A stretch of DNA of 64,000 bases from Proteromonas lacertae (taxonomy: Eukaryota). Of the stretch, positions 27,376 to 39,805 are shown piece by piece (within the stretch, counting starts at the first letter, position 1; the number at the start of each line of letters is the position of its first letter). Below the pieces are notes generated by a model. It searched no databases. It was not told where the DNA came from and saw nothing but the letters and a program-made list of their open reading frames with translations. Where the stretch lies: assembly GCA_002245135.1 (NCBI GenBank), contig NGBS01001179.1, forward strand, positions 62,001-126,000, in the 5' to 3' direction. The position numbers and the translations under genes are program-made.

Positions 27376-29188
27376 TTAAAAAAATCTATACCTTTTTGCA
27401 CTAGATTTATTATCTTCATTTTTTCTTTTGATAGTAAGGTCAATTTTTACTTTTTTTGAACCATGCACATTCTTAATTGCTATTGTATACTTCTTAGTAA
27501 TGCATTCACTAGCTTTTCCGCTTACAATTCCAGTGTTTTGATCAAACGACAATCCAGAGGGAAGTTCTAAAATGAAGTATAAATATATAGAATTAGTTAT
27601 TATACCAGGTTCAATTGTTATACTCTCAACATCAATAATATTATCAATTATTGGTTTTAAATCAATTTTATCTCCAATTATAAATTTACAGTTTAATTCA
27701 TGGTAACAAGAAGAATACCAACAATCTCCATTATAATTTTTTCGATCATCAGAATAAGATATTGATTTTAATTTATGATCTATGATATAATAATGTGTTA
27801 ACAAATATCAATACATTTTATCTTTTTCTTTGTTTCTTCATCTTCCACTGTTGAATCTAATAATCTACACTCAGCATCATCTAACCTAAATTTATGCATA
27901 TACTTCAATAATGATGAATATCTTTTATAACCTAAGATCTTTATATCTTTTAATAACTTATACAACAAAACTATTCCACATTTTTCTTTCACCTTTTCAA
28001 ATACTACATCATTCTTTTCATCATCATCATCAGTAATGAATTTTTTTATTTGCATCATCAACAACATTCGTTTATCTTCATTATTAATGTTTGTATAAGT
28101 ATTAAGAATAATATCTAAAATCATAGAATATTTATCTGCATCAAATTTCATATATAAGCCATCATATAATTGCAAAAGTTAACATAATAATTCTTATATT
28201 ACCTTCTTTCAATAGAATATCAATATCACTTGAAATATCTTCACTCTTTAATAACACTAAGTGAGATTCTATTTGAAATTACAACAATATTATATACTAT
28301 TAAATATTATTTCTGGAATATCTTCTTCAGGATTATAATGCATTAAGAAATCATAAAAATACACATTCTTTACTTCTGGAAGAGAATAATATCGAATAGA
28401 ATATTTTTCACTTTGCATTTACATTAAGAGAGATGTTTAAATTGTTTAATATGCTTCTTTTCTTCATCATTTAACTCATTTTGTAATTTTGAATCAAAAC
28501 TACATCTCTCGATTATTCTCTTCATTTCTTCTTCTACTTTTGAATTGTTTAAATTGTGGTTATAATAGCCAATCAATAATCTCAATAATTCAACTTCACT
28601 TCCATTAAACATTACTCCTAATGAAAATAACTGCGTCAAGATTGTCAATGGATATGTAATTTAATAACTCATTTTTCACTATTTTGTAATTCTCATTCTT
28701 TAAGAAATATTCAAATTCTTCTTTCAATTCCTTCAAATTTTCACTTCTTAATATCTCTTTTTTACTTAATAAATCAACAACAATGTTTTCATTTAAATGA
28801 TTTATTACATAATCATTTAATGCACTAATAATCTTGTTTTCATTATAGCACACACAAATAGCTAATAGATCTACACAATTCTTTTCAGTTATCTCAATTT
28901 CTATAACCTTGATAATATTTTTCCAACATCAAAAAACTTTCCTTTACTACACTCATCATACAACTTCAATGGTTCTTCGAAGAGAGGATCATCAAATAAT
29001 TTTCTGAACGTTTCATTACATACATAGAGAATAAATTTAAATGTTTTTATTTCTTCATTTTCTACTATCACTTTCAAATCACCAAAGCCACATTTTACAG
29101 CTTCTCGAGTTAATCTAATAAAAATATAATTACAGCCGATAATGTATATATACCCTTCATTTTTACATGTTTCACTTTTAATAATCAT
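27376..29188 (-). CDS. BTB/POZ protein with C-terminal putative Ig (He_PIG-like) domain; frameshifted
   Basis: GFGDLKVIVENEEIKTFKFILYVCNETFRKLF (BTB start) and LPSGLSFDQNTGIVSG (putative Ig motif); five ORF fragments in series; paralogous to 58659..60792. Confidence 0.65.
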
Positions 29189-29290
29189 TGAAAACAACCG
29201 AGATAAGACAAAAATATGAAAATGTAATTAAATGTCAAATTGACTAAATTACCATCAAAATTCTTTTTTCTTAAACTAAGCTTTACGCTT

Positions 29291-30500
29291 ATGGACTCAG
29301 TGTTTTTAAACTTTAATCTTAATAAATCAGTTGAGTATCAAATATTGTATACCGATTTAAGCTCCAAACAGTCAAATGAAGATCATTGTCTGATTTTTCA
29401 ATATAGAACAAGTATAATGAACATTCTAATTGTTATATTATTTTATAGATAATCATTAGCAAATCAAAATCGGTTGGATTGGGTAAAAATGGAGTGTTTG
29501 TTATTCTAATTAAGGAAGTCCAAGTTAACAGTTTACTTATATCAAGCAATTCAATTCGTTACAAATTTTCAGATGGAAAATTGAGTTATGATGAATATAT
29601 TCAAATATGTATTTGTTAAATTCTTATACTAATTAGTAAAATCCTATTATGATGATATTAATTTCACTATAATATTATCTGATGGAAGTAAAGTGTGTAA
29701 AATAGTCCATAATCAAAATAATGAGTATACTGTTTGTGAATTACAATCTAATTTATATTACTTTACCTACAGAAATATTGAAAAAAGCCTTCAGATGATT
29801 TAATGAAAATATGGTCATTAATTATCAATAAAACAAATGGTTTTGATAGAAAGTCCAAATTATTGTTAGAAATAATAGGTTATTTGATGAACAGAATAGT
29901 TCATATAATGTAATTACAAATAGTAATGATCATTTCATATTTCATTACTATTTTACTTCGCATTATACTGAGATTAACATTATTCAAGATTTTATTCTTA
30001 TTTCAAACATTTAAAACTGTTGTAAGTATAAACATAAACTAGAAAATACCATAACACCATCATTAACTGCATTTGAACATTATGAAAAATATTATAAAGA
30101 GTATGAGTTAAATAGAGAATGTAATGTTGATTTAATTGACCAGAATGCAATCAATAAAAGTGTTAAAAAATCTTGGAACAAATTAAAGGCAATTGATAAA
30201 CAGATGTATTTAGATTTAGCTGATTTGGATAAAAAAAGAAATCATATAGAATATCAATTTTATGTAAATAATTATCCTGAATTAATTCCATTAATAATGT
30301 CAGAATTTAAATCCCAGCAGGATAAACTAGATCAAAATAAAACAAGTGAAAAGAAAGAAACAAAAAAGATAATCGTAAAAGAAAAGCCAAAAAACATAAA
30401 AATATTACCCAAACAAATTAATCAATTATCAGAGAGTAATATTAAAGTTAGTAACAATCATAAACAGCATAAAACGAAATATACAAATAAGTCCTTCTAA
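29291..30500 (+). CDS. Multi-exon protein with an HMG-box-like domain; exon structure uncertain
   Basis: PSLTAFEHY...INKSVKKSWNKLKAIDKQMYLDLADLDKKRNHIEY (about 30050-30270) fits the HMG-box pattern; upstream short exons are separated by about 30-nt GT-AG introns. Confidence 0.5.
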
Positions 30501-30738
30501 GAGATTAAAGATTTGTAATGGAGAAATGAATAAAAACAGATATAATTTATCCATACAAGTGTTTGATGATTGTACTATTAACTTCATTGGAGAGAACTCA
30601 AAAATTCATACATCAATTCATCAATTAATTTATTTTTATTCAAAATATTTATAATCTTTATAATTTTATGAATTTGTTTTAATTGAAAAAAAATGTATTA
30701 AAGAGAAAGTATAAACAATAAAAATAACCATTTGTGTT

Positions 30739-31445
30739 TTAAGTATTAATCAAGATATTAGGAAATTTTCTTTCTGTCATTTTAGCTAATTTTAGCCATT
30801 CATCAGCATAATCTTCACTTATGATTTTATTAACAACTCTTTTACCATAATAATATCCATATATCTTCTGTGGTCTTTCATGTAATCTTATTGATATTCG
30901 TGCTTTTCTACCAAATTCATCAAACAATGAATATCCTACCACTTTACCCGAAACTCCTTCTGTATATATATAATCTAATGATGGAGGACCATTTTTAACT
31001 ATATTTTTAAACTCTTCTAAACTTATATTAGCCTCTTCTCTTAATTCTGGATTATCAATCACTTTCACTATAGCTGAAGAACATAATTCATTATATAAAT
31101 CTTCTAAAGTCATGTTCTGATATATTCCTAAATCTATTTCATTTGACTTATCTTCACCTGAAAATACAGTTGACTATGTTATAATACTCATTCAAAATAC
31201 AGATTTATTTTTAATACTTGGATCATTCATGAATGTAGTATTATATGGCATAACATCTAATAATATTTTATTTATATGATCATACTCTCCTTCTGTTTAT
31301 CAGAATTTTTAATTGAAACACGCTTACTTTCTTTATTACTCTGATGTGCTGATACTATCATTCCTCGGCTCTTCTTTTTTATATTTGCACCTTTTGAACA
31401 ATTTGATCTTGAATGACAGTTAGAAATCTTCTGAGTGGTTGACAT
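30739..31445 (-). CDS. Hypothetical intronless protein, frameshifted
   Basis: Basic N-terminus MSTTQKISNCHSRSNCSKG... leads via frame changes into ORF 30739..31113. No family recognised. Confidence 0.45.
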
Positions 31446-31615
31446 AATCTACAAAATAATTTTAGTGATTTAAGAAGGTGTTAATAACTTACTATTTTAG
31501 ATAAAAGAAATTATTAAAAATACTAAGTTCACGATCTGATAAGGTTTGATAAATAATTGAAACGGCTAGTTAGTAACGAATTAATTTTCTTAAATTTTAT
31601 ATTTTACATTGTTCC

Positions 31616-32467
31616 ATGAAAGTTGATTTAGGTATTTCAACATGTCAAACTATTCTTGGTAACACATTTTGCAAGAAGTATGTAATATTTAACAGAAATG
31701 TAACATATGAAGGTGATGATTTGGATAGGGACAGTAATCACTACTATGCATCAATTTACATCGCCTTTAACGGCCAAGTAAATGCAATATTCCTTGGTAC
31801 CGGATCTCCTGACAATCAAGTTCAGTATAGCGGAAGGGAAGTACACAATATCATCAACTGTTCTATATTCCTTAGAAAGGATGGTCGTAAAGGTGTTTTT
31901 ACATACAAAAAAGATCCATTCGGAAGAAAAATAAATGAAATTTATACATCAACAATACTCTTCGAGCCTTTTAATTATGTTACAGATATTAATAAGCCAA
32001 ACCGTCCAAATATTAAATGTGTAGTTAGATTTCCTGATTATGGTTTTGATTTCAATATTAATGTTAGTAAAGCGCAATGTCTTATAACTATCTACAAAAT
32101 GCATAATCCAAATCTTAGATTGGTTATACCATATGTGGTTTATGGGGAAAAGGGCTCACATATTGTTACACTTATATTTAATCCATCACCTCCAAATCTT
32201 CCTTATAAGGTAATTGTTTTTGATAGTAGTCATAATCTTAGAAACATTCATTATCCAAAAAGTATCTATTGGGAAATATCTGTTTTACATTCAAAACCTC
32301 AAAATCTACGTGGAGATTGTAGTTACTGGTGTGAATCAGCACTTAATACATTATCTATATATGATGGAAAAGATAAATTAATTAGAATTATAACAAGCAT
32401 ATCATTTCTACAAAGAAGTCTTATAAAGATGGCAGTTTACAACTACAACAACATTGAAATTAATTAA
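31616..32467 (+). CDS. Putative clan CE (Ulp1/adenain-like) cysteine protease
   Basis: Uninterrupted 283-aa ORF with ordered motifs VIP..SHIVTLI, IVFDS, and PQNLRGDCSYWC (His-Asp-Gln-Cys). Confidence 0.55.
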   Translation: MKVDLGISTCQTILGNTFCKKYVIFNRNVTYEGDDLDRDSNHYYASIYIAFNGQVNAIFLGTGSPDNQVQYSGREVHNIINCSIFLRKDGRKGVFTYKKDPFGRKINEIYTSTILFEPFNYVTDINKPNRPNIKCVVRFPDYGFDFNINVSKAQCLITIYKMHNPNLRLVIPYVVYGEKGSHIVTLIFNPSPPNLPYKVIVFDSSHNLRNIHYPKSIYWEISVLHSKPQNLRGDCSYWCESALNTLSIYDGKDKLIRIITSISFLQRSLIKMAVYNYNNIEIN

Positions 32468-32535
32468 TTACAGTATCCATTAATTGTTTTTGAATTATGA
32501 ATTATTAATAATATTTTATTTTTAATTGTTTGAAT

Positions 32536-35500
32536 TATGTAGAATGTATAGATTGTCCTGCTAATTATAAATGTCCAAATACAAATGACAAACAACCATG
32601 TGAAGGTGGTAAATATTCACTCCCATTACAAACTACATGTGTTGATTGTCCTGCTGGTAGTTATTGTCCATTAACATCAGCAACAACTATTTTTAAACCG
32701 TATTTATGTCCAGCAGGTACATATAGTCTTATAGGTAAAGCTGAATGTAGTACATGTCAAAATGGTAAGATATGTAATGAAGGTTCAACAACAAATGGAC
32801 CAATGGATTGTCCATTAGGTGGTTATTGTGTTGATGGAAAATATACTCCATGTCCTAGTGGAACATATGGAGCTACAACAGGTTTAGCATCTGAAGGTAA
32901 ATGTAGTCCATGTGAACCTGGTTTTTATTGTCCTTTAGGGACAACAGCAAACAATAGACAGAAATGTCCAAGAGGTTATTATTGTAATGGTGGTATAACA
33001 GCGTGTCCAGGAGGTACTTATAATAATGAAGAAGGAAAATCACAACAATCAGATTGTATAGACTGTCTAGCAGGATATTATTGTCCAGCAGGTGAAACAC
33101 ATTTGTCAAAAGTATGTCCAATTGGATATTATTGTCCAGAAAAATCTTCATTACCTAAAAGATGTCCAGCTGGTACATATACAGATAGTATTGGTTCAAC
33201 AAAGGACAGTGATTGTAAAGATTGTCCAGAAGGTCATTATTGTCCAATAGCTTCAGGTAGTCCAATTCCATGTCAAGCAGGAACTTATCAAGATCAAAAG
33301 AAGAAAGATAGTTGTATTAATTGTCCAGCTGGTTGGTCTTGTCCTTATGCAGGATTAAGTACATACAGTGCACCATGTTACAGAGGATATTATTGTCTTG
33401 AAGGAACTGCAATACCTACACATAAATGTGGTAGTGGTAAATATACTGAGAATAATCATGCTACATCTAAAGCTGATTGTATTGATTGTCCTGGTGGGTT
33501 TTACTGTAATGGTGAAGGATTTGGCGGAGGTGATAGAAGTCCTTTACCATGTCATTATGGTAGTTATTGTCCTCCTGGATCAAGTTTACCTACAAGATGT
33601 CCACCTGGTACTTATGGTAATGCTGATAATTTAGATGATGTGAGTAAATGTACACCTTGTCCAGCAGGACATTATTGTTTAGGTGGAAAAACAGCACCAG
33701 ATGGTATTTGTATAGCAGGTCATTTTTGTAGTGAAAATACAGCAACACAAACACAACATCCATGTCCAGCTGGTACTTATACTCCTAGAGCTAATTTAAC
33801 ACATTTTGATGAATGTGAACCATGTCCTAAAGGACATTATTGTGGTTCTGCTACAATAATACCAAAAAAATGTGCAGCTGGGACATATAGAGATCAACTT
33901 GGTGGTAAAGCAAAAACTGATTGTAAAGCTTGTCCAGCTGGTTCTTATTGTATTGAAGGAAGTGTTTATCCAGCTGATTGTGGTGTTGGTATGCAATCAA
34001 CAATAAGAAGTTCATATTGTTCGAAATGTGATGCAGGTAAATATTGTCCATTTAATACAACCTGTAATAGTATTACTAATTGTCAAGATCAAAAATATCA
34101 ATTAAATTGTCATAAAGGAATGTATTGTCCAGTAGGTCAAGGTCCAGATCCAACATTTGCAGAGAATGCATGTCCAAAGGGTTATTATTGTCCAGAAGGC
34201 ACTCCATCTCCAATACCATGCAAAGCTGGTACATTAAATAGAGTTCCAGGTAGAGGTGATTTGAGTGATTGTGTTGACACAAAAGCTGGATATTATACAG
34301 TAGAAGCATCTTATGAAGAAACAGGTGAATGTGAACCTGGATATTATTGTCCAGCTAAATCAAATAATCCTAAACAAATAGAATGTCCAGTTGGGACATA
34401 TAATAGTAATTCAAGAGGTAGAAGCTTAAAAGATTGTGCAGTTTGTCCACCAGGTTATTATTGTGATAAACACACTTCAAAGCCTATTGATTGTCCTGAA
34501 GGTAAATATTGTGTAGCTGGAACACATAGACCAGTGAATTGTCCACCTGGAAGTTATGGTAAATCCAAGAGATTAAGAAGATCACAAGAATGTACACCTT
34601 GTCCAGCAGGTAAATATTGTAGTGGTATAGGTGAAACTACAACAAGTGGCAATTGTAATGCTGGTTATTTATGTATTAATGGTTCTTCAACAGCAACACC
34701 AACTGATGGTGTTACTGGTACAATATGTCCAGCTGGTGGTTATTGTGTTGAAGGAGCATCAAAATTAAAAAGTTGTCCAGCTGGTAAATATAATAATCAA
34801 ACTGGTCAAGCAAATAATTCATCTTGTAAAGATTGTACTGCAGGTTATTATTGCCAAGGAAGCACAAATGCTGCTCCAACTGGTAAATGTGCAGCTGGTT
34901 ATTATTGTACAGCTGGATCTGATACACCATATCAAAATAAAGCAAGACCAGGTCATTATTCTAAAGAAGGTGCAACAATTGATACTGAATGTGAAGCTGG
35001 TAGTTACAATGATAGATATGGTTTATCATCTTGTTTAGATTGTCCACCAGGTAAGTATTGTCCATATAAAGGAATGAATTACACAATAGTTTGTACAATA
35101 GGTAATTATTGTAATGTTAATAGTACAACACCAACTGAATGCCCAGCTGGTAAATATGGTGATGAAGAAGGTTTAATATCTGTAGATGCTTGTAAAGCTT
35201 GTACTCCTGGTTATTATTGTGAATCTGCAGGTTTAAAAGATAAAACAGGAACAGGTCAATGTTCTGCTGGTTATTACTGTAAAAGTGGAGCAAAATCAGC
35301 AAAACCAACTGATGGTATAACAGGTAATATATGTCCAAAAGGATATTACTGTTTAAAAGGCACTCATACACCCATTCCATGTCCAATTGGTACATATTCA
35401 GATAGAACAGGCTTAACAACACAAACACAATGTAAAGCATGTACAAATGGTAAATATTGTAATTCAACTGGTTTAGTAAGTCCTGTTGGTTTTTGTGATG

Positions 35501-37167
35501 CTGGCTATTTCTGTAACAGTGGTGCTCCAGTTTCAAATCCTAACAATGATTCATCAAATAATTATGGTCCTTGTCCAATTGGACATTATTGTATAAATGG
35601 TGAAAGTATAAAATGTCCAGCTGGTACTTATAGTGATACAGTTGGTTTAGCAGAATGTTATAAATGTCCAGCTGGTAAATATTGTGATGGTAGTGATTCA
35701 ACTAAATTTAAAGATTGTCCAGTTGGTAAATATTGTCCAGAAAGTTCAAAAGTTGGACATAATTGTCCCAAAGGCACATTCAATAGTAATATCAATTTAA
35801 GAACAGTAGATGAATGTCAACCTTGTACAGCTGGTAAATATTGTGTAGGAGGATTAAGTTCAACAACTAGTGATTGTGATCAAGGCTATTATTGTCCTGA
35901 AGGAAGTGAAGATAATTATGGTACAATAAATGGAGTAGAACATAAATGTGAAAAAGGATATAAATGTCCAAGTGGTAGTAAATCTCAAATTCAATGTGAA
36001 CCTGGTACATATCAAGATGAAGAAGGACAAAGCAGTTGTAAAACATGTGTAGCTGGTTATTATTGTCCTTATTATAATATGTCAAGTTATTCAGGATTTA
36101 AATGTGCTGCAGGTTTTTATTGTTTAGCTGGAAGTAAAGAATATCGTCCTGCTACTGCTATCTGTCCAAAAGGATATCATTGTAGTTTAGGATCGAGTGA
36201 CAAAGATCAATGTCTAGCAAATCAAATGGCATTAACAGAAGGAAAAGAGAATTGTGATGTTTGTGCTGATGGTTATAAATGTGAAGTTGGTACATCTGAA
36301 TTAAATAATTCAAATTTATGTCCCGTTGGTAAATATTGTGTAAATGGAGGAGTTCATGATTGTCCAAAAGGTACTTATAATCCAGTAGAAGGAGGTAATT
36401 CGATTAATTCATGTTTAGATTGTCCTCCAGGTTATTATTGTCCATACACAGGAATGAGTAGTTATTCATTATTATGTCCAAGTGGATATTATTGTCCAGG
36501 TAAATCATCAACAGGTAAAGAACATGTTTGTAGTGCTGGTAATGAATGTAATGAAGGTTCTGCACAGGAGAAGCCATGTCAAGCTGGACATTGGTGTGAT
36601 GGTAATGGTATAGATAAAGGTGAATGTGATGCTGGCTATTATTGTATTCAAGGATCTTCTTCTAATAAACCAAATGGTCTTTCAAATAGTCATGGTTTAA
36701 CTGGCGATATATGCAAAGCAGGCTATTATTGTCCTAGAGGTAGTGCACAACCATTACCATGTCCATTAGGTCAATATAATCAATTTAAAGGTAAAACATT
36801 ATTAAGTGACTGTAAAGATTGTCCTGGTGGTTATTTATGTGATTCTGTTGGTATTAGTAATGGTCAATCAAAGAAGTGTGAAGCTGGTTATTATTGTCCT
36901 CAAAAGAGTTATTATCAAAAGCCATGTGAACCAGGTTATTATTGTAAAGCAGGAGTAGCAGATCATGTTAAGTGTCCAGCTGGTAAATATAATAACTTAT
37001 ATCGTCAAACTGAATGTAAGAATTGTCCAGCTGGTTATTATTGTCCAGAAGGATGTGATGAACCAATTCCATGTGATAGTGGTAGTTATTGTGATTCAAA
37101 TTCAGCTAAACCAATAGAATGTGATGCTGGCACATATGCAAATACAACTCATTTGATTAGTAAGAAT
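32536..37167 (+). repeat. Inverted repeat copy B; carries an unbroken 1547-codon reading frame (32530..37173) with no ATG start, signal peptide or TM
   Basis: Near-identical to the reverse complement of 11410..16050; begins and ends mid-repeat; stop two codons after the right junction. Confidence 0.95.
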
Positions 37168-37196
37168 AAATAAAATAACAATACAAAATATATAAT

Positions 37197-38069
37197 CTAA
37201 AAATTATAGAAATTATTTTTTAATTCTATGTTACTAATTTTGTATTCATTTTTTAATTCATTAAAAATATCATTGATTTCATTTTCATTATAATTTATAA
37301 AATTTTGATATTCATTTCTCCATATATTTTCAAATTTTAAAATGGATCTTGAGAATATAATTATTGCATATGATAGTGAATGAGGGGGATATTTCTGAAG
37401 TAAATATGTAGTTGTACATAGATCTGATAGAATATAACAATTGTGTGTAAATGTTTCATATACTATAGGAATGTTATATACATTAAGATTTTCTATAATA
37501 TCATCACCATAAATTACTTTTTCTAATTCAAATATATGTCTTAAAAATGATCTGCATGTTTTGATTATCAAATTAAAGTTCAATTCATCCAATATTTGAT
37601 GTTCATACTTTATAATTTGTTTATTAATAAAAACTTCATTTTTAATTTTAAGATCATTTAACAATATATCTATTGGTACAGCATGATTTAAATTTTCATT
37701 TATTTTTATAGCAATTACAAAACATGTAATTGATATTAAAAATGAATTACTTTCACATAGAAATTTTCTGAAGAATATTTTATCCATATAGCTATAAATT
37801 TGTAATATAAATTCTATAGGTAATACTTTACAGCCATTTCTGAAGTTTCTTTGTTGTAATGATACTTTTTGCATAATCTGAATATAAATCCTACTAGATC
37901 TTTCCTAATATTCATATAATCTTGCTTAATCGAAAAGTACCTATAACATATATAAATTAAGTTCACTATTTAGCATGATTTAAAAGATATTATCAGATTC
38001 ATATGCAAACAAGCTTTCATATGAATAAATTTGGTCATCATTGATGTTGTTCGATTTATTGTTGTTCAT
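37197..38069 (-). CDS. Cyclin (N- and C-terminal cyclin folds)
   Basis: Splicing a 35-nt intron gives IRKDLVGFIFRLCKKYHYNKETSEMAVNYMDKI; then LISITCFVIAIKINE, YEHQILDELNFNL, YPPHSLSYAII. First exon junction unresolved. Confidence 0.8.
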
Positions 38070-38198
38070 AATATGCTTATTATAATAAAATAATGTAAAA
38101 TGAAATTTTTATATCAACCAAAAAATTCCCCAAATAATTTTGTTGATTTTTTGTAAAACGGATATAATTTCTGAATTATTATAAATCGTTAGTGCGCA

Positions 38199-38644
38199 AT
38201 GAAATCGAGAAGAAACTATAAAAGAGCAAGAAAATATGATACCACAAGTAAAAAAGAAATAGAATCGGAATCGGAATCAGAAGAGGTAAAATCTATTTGT
38301 GTTGAATTATCTGCTGATCATTTAAATTATAAGTACATTTTGATATTATATAGATTAGAATTAACATAAATAGTGATATATTCAATAAAAGCATTAAATT
38401 TACATCCAACTTGATTAAGTATAAGCACTTACAGAATATGGTAATGCTATGTATCGCAATAAGTTTGACTGTATTTCTACTAATAATGCTAATGAACAAA
38501 ACAATTCTTGATGAGAAAGAGTTCAATATCGCTCAGAGAATGCCATTTATGGTATTATGGGATGCGCAATTATATTATATTACACAGCGAACTAATAAAG
38601 AATGGAATGAGATATTGAAAGAATTTAACATCTTGTTTAAGTAA
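38199..38644 (+). CDS. Possible small spliced hypothetical protein
   Basis: MKSRRNYKRARKYDTTSKKEIESESESEE start plus ORF 38411..38644; splicing not resolved. Confidence 0.3.
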
Positions 38645-38825
38645 TGAATCGAATATAATATAGAAATAATGATACAATTTAAATGTTTAAGCTAATTATA
38701 TAAAAGCTGTTTATTCTATTGGTGTTTAAAAACTGAAATAATCATTAAGAAATATTTAAAACCCTCTAAAGACAACAATTTCATTATTAATATTTCATTT
38801 CATTTATAAATAAATTTAGAAATAT

Positions 38826-39448
38826 TTATAATTTGAATGTACCTTTTAAACAAAACAAATATTTTTGTTCTTCGGAATATCCTTTGAAAGTAAACTCATA
38901 TGAGCCAGGAGGAGCTATTATTGGCATTGTTAAGGACATATCTAACGGATTTAAAGGTCCTTCAACGGGACATGTTGCTCCATGAATATGCATTGTCACA
39001 ACTATTAAACTAGGATCTGAATCACCACATAATGTAGTATTCTTTGATAATACAGAAGCCTAATCATATCAAATATATTAACAACTAAATTATACTCCAT
39101 TTAATAAGGCATTTATCACTAAATTACCAGCTTTGAAGGAGGCTGTACCATTTACTGGTCCAGTGCTAAGCTCAGCTTTTTGACCACGTTTAATTGTATT
39201 GGAAATAGTTGGAGCAGCAAAAGAATACTAAATAAAGTTATAAAACTAAATTAATAAATACTGGTAAATCTGTACCACAATCTACAACCGCTGGCGCAAC
39301 ACTTAATGGACGTAAATGCTAATAATATATAAAAAAGAACAATATACTGTAGCACTACAAACTGAACAAAGAATAACAGCAATTATAACACCTATTACCA
39401 AAATAAATAAACTCATATAATATAAATACAATTAAAGTAAGTTTTCAT
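38826..39448 (-). CDS. ML (MD-2-related/NPC2-like) lipid-binding protein, 5 exons
   Basis: Removing four GT-AG introns (37, 29, 34, 36 nt) yields a clean frame: signal peptide, VVDCG, IKRGQ, TTLCG, TCPV, MPIIAPPGSYEFTFKG, YLFCLKGTFKL*. Absent from the ORF track. Confidence 0.85.
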
Positions 39449-39805
39449 CGTTAAAATCTTTAAAAATCTCAAGCCAAAAAGAAACACAAGCTTCTTTTAA
39501 TTGGCTGATGATGAAAGTGATTTAACACAAGAAAATTAAGGGAATAAAAACATTGTTGAAATATTGAATACACTAATTGGGTAATGATGTTTGCATATTT
39601 GAAAGAATCAAGTTGTAATATCATTTATGTGTTTTTATAGCTCAATTTTATAGTTTGAAATGTATGTATTCTGATAAATATGTTATAAACACTAAATAGC
39701 TGATAAAATCACAATATAATATAAAAAATCATATTTATTTTGAAACAAACAGGTTTGTTTTTTTTCGTTTTTATATTCTTTATCGATTTTATAACTAAAC
39801 GAAAT

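Noticed and set aside
37168..37196. A-rich run after copy B as a retrocopy poly(A) tail
   Set aside because: Better explained as the U/GU-rich 3' end of the convergent cyclin gene; no target-site duplication seen.
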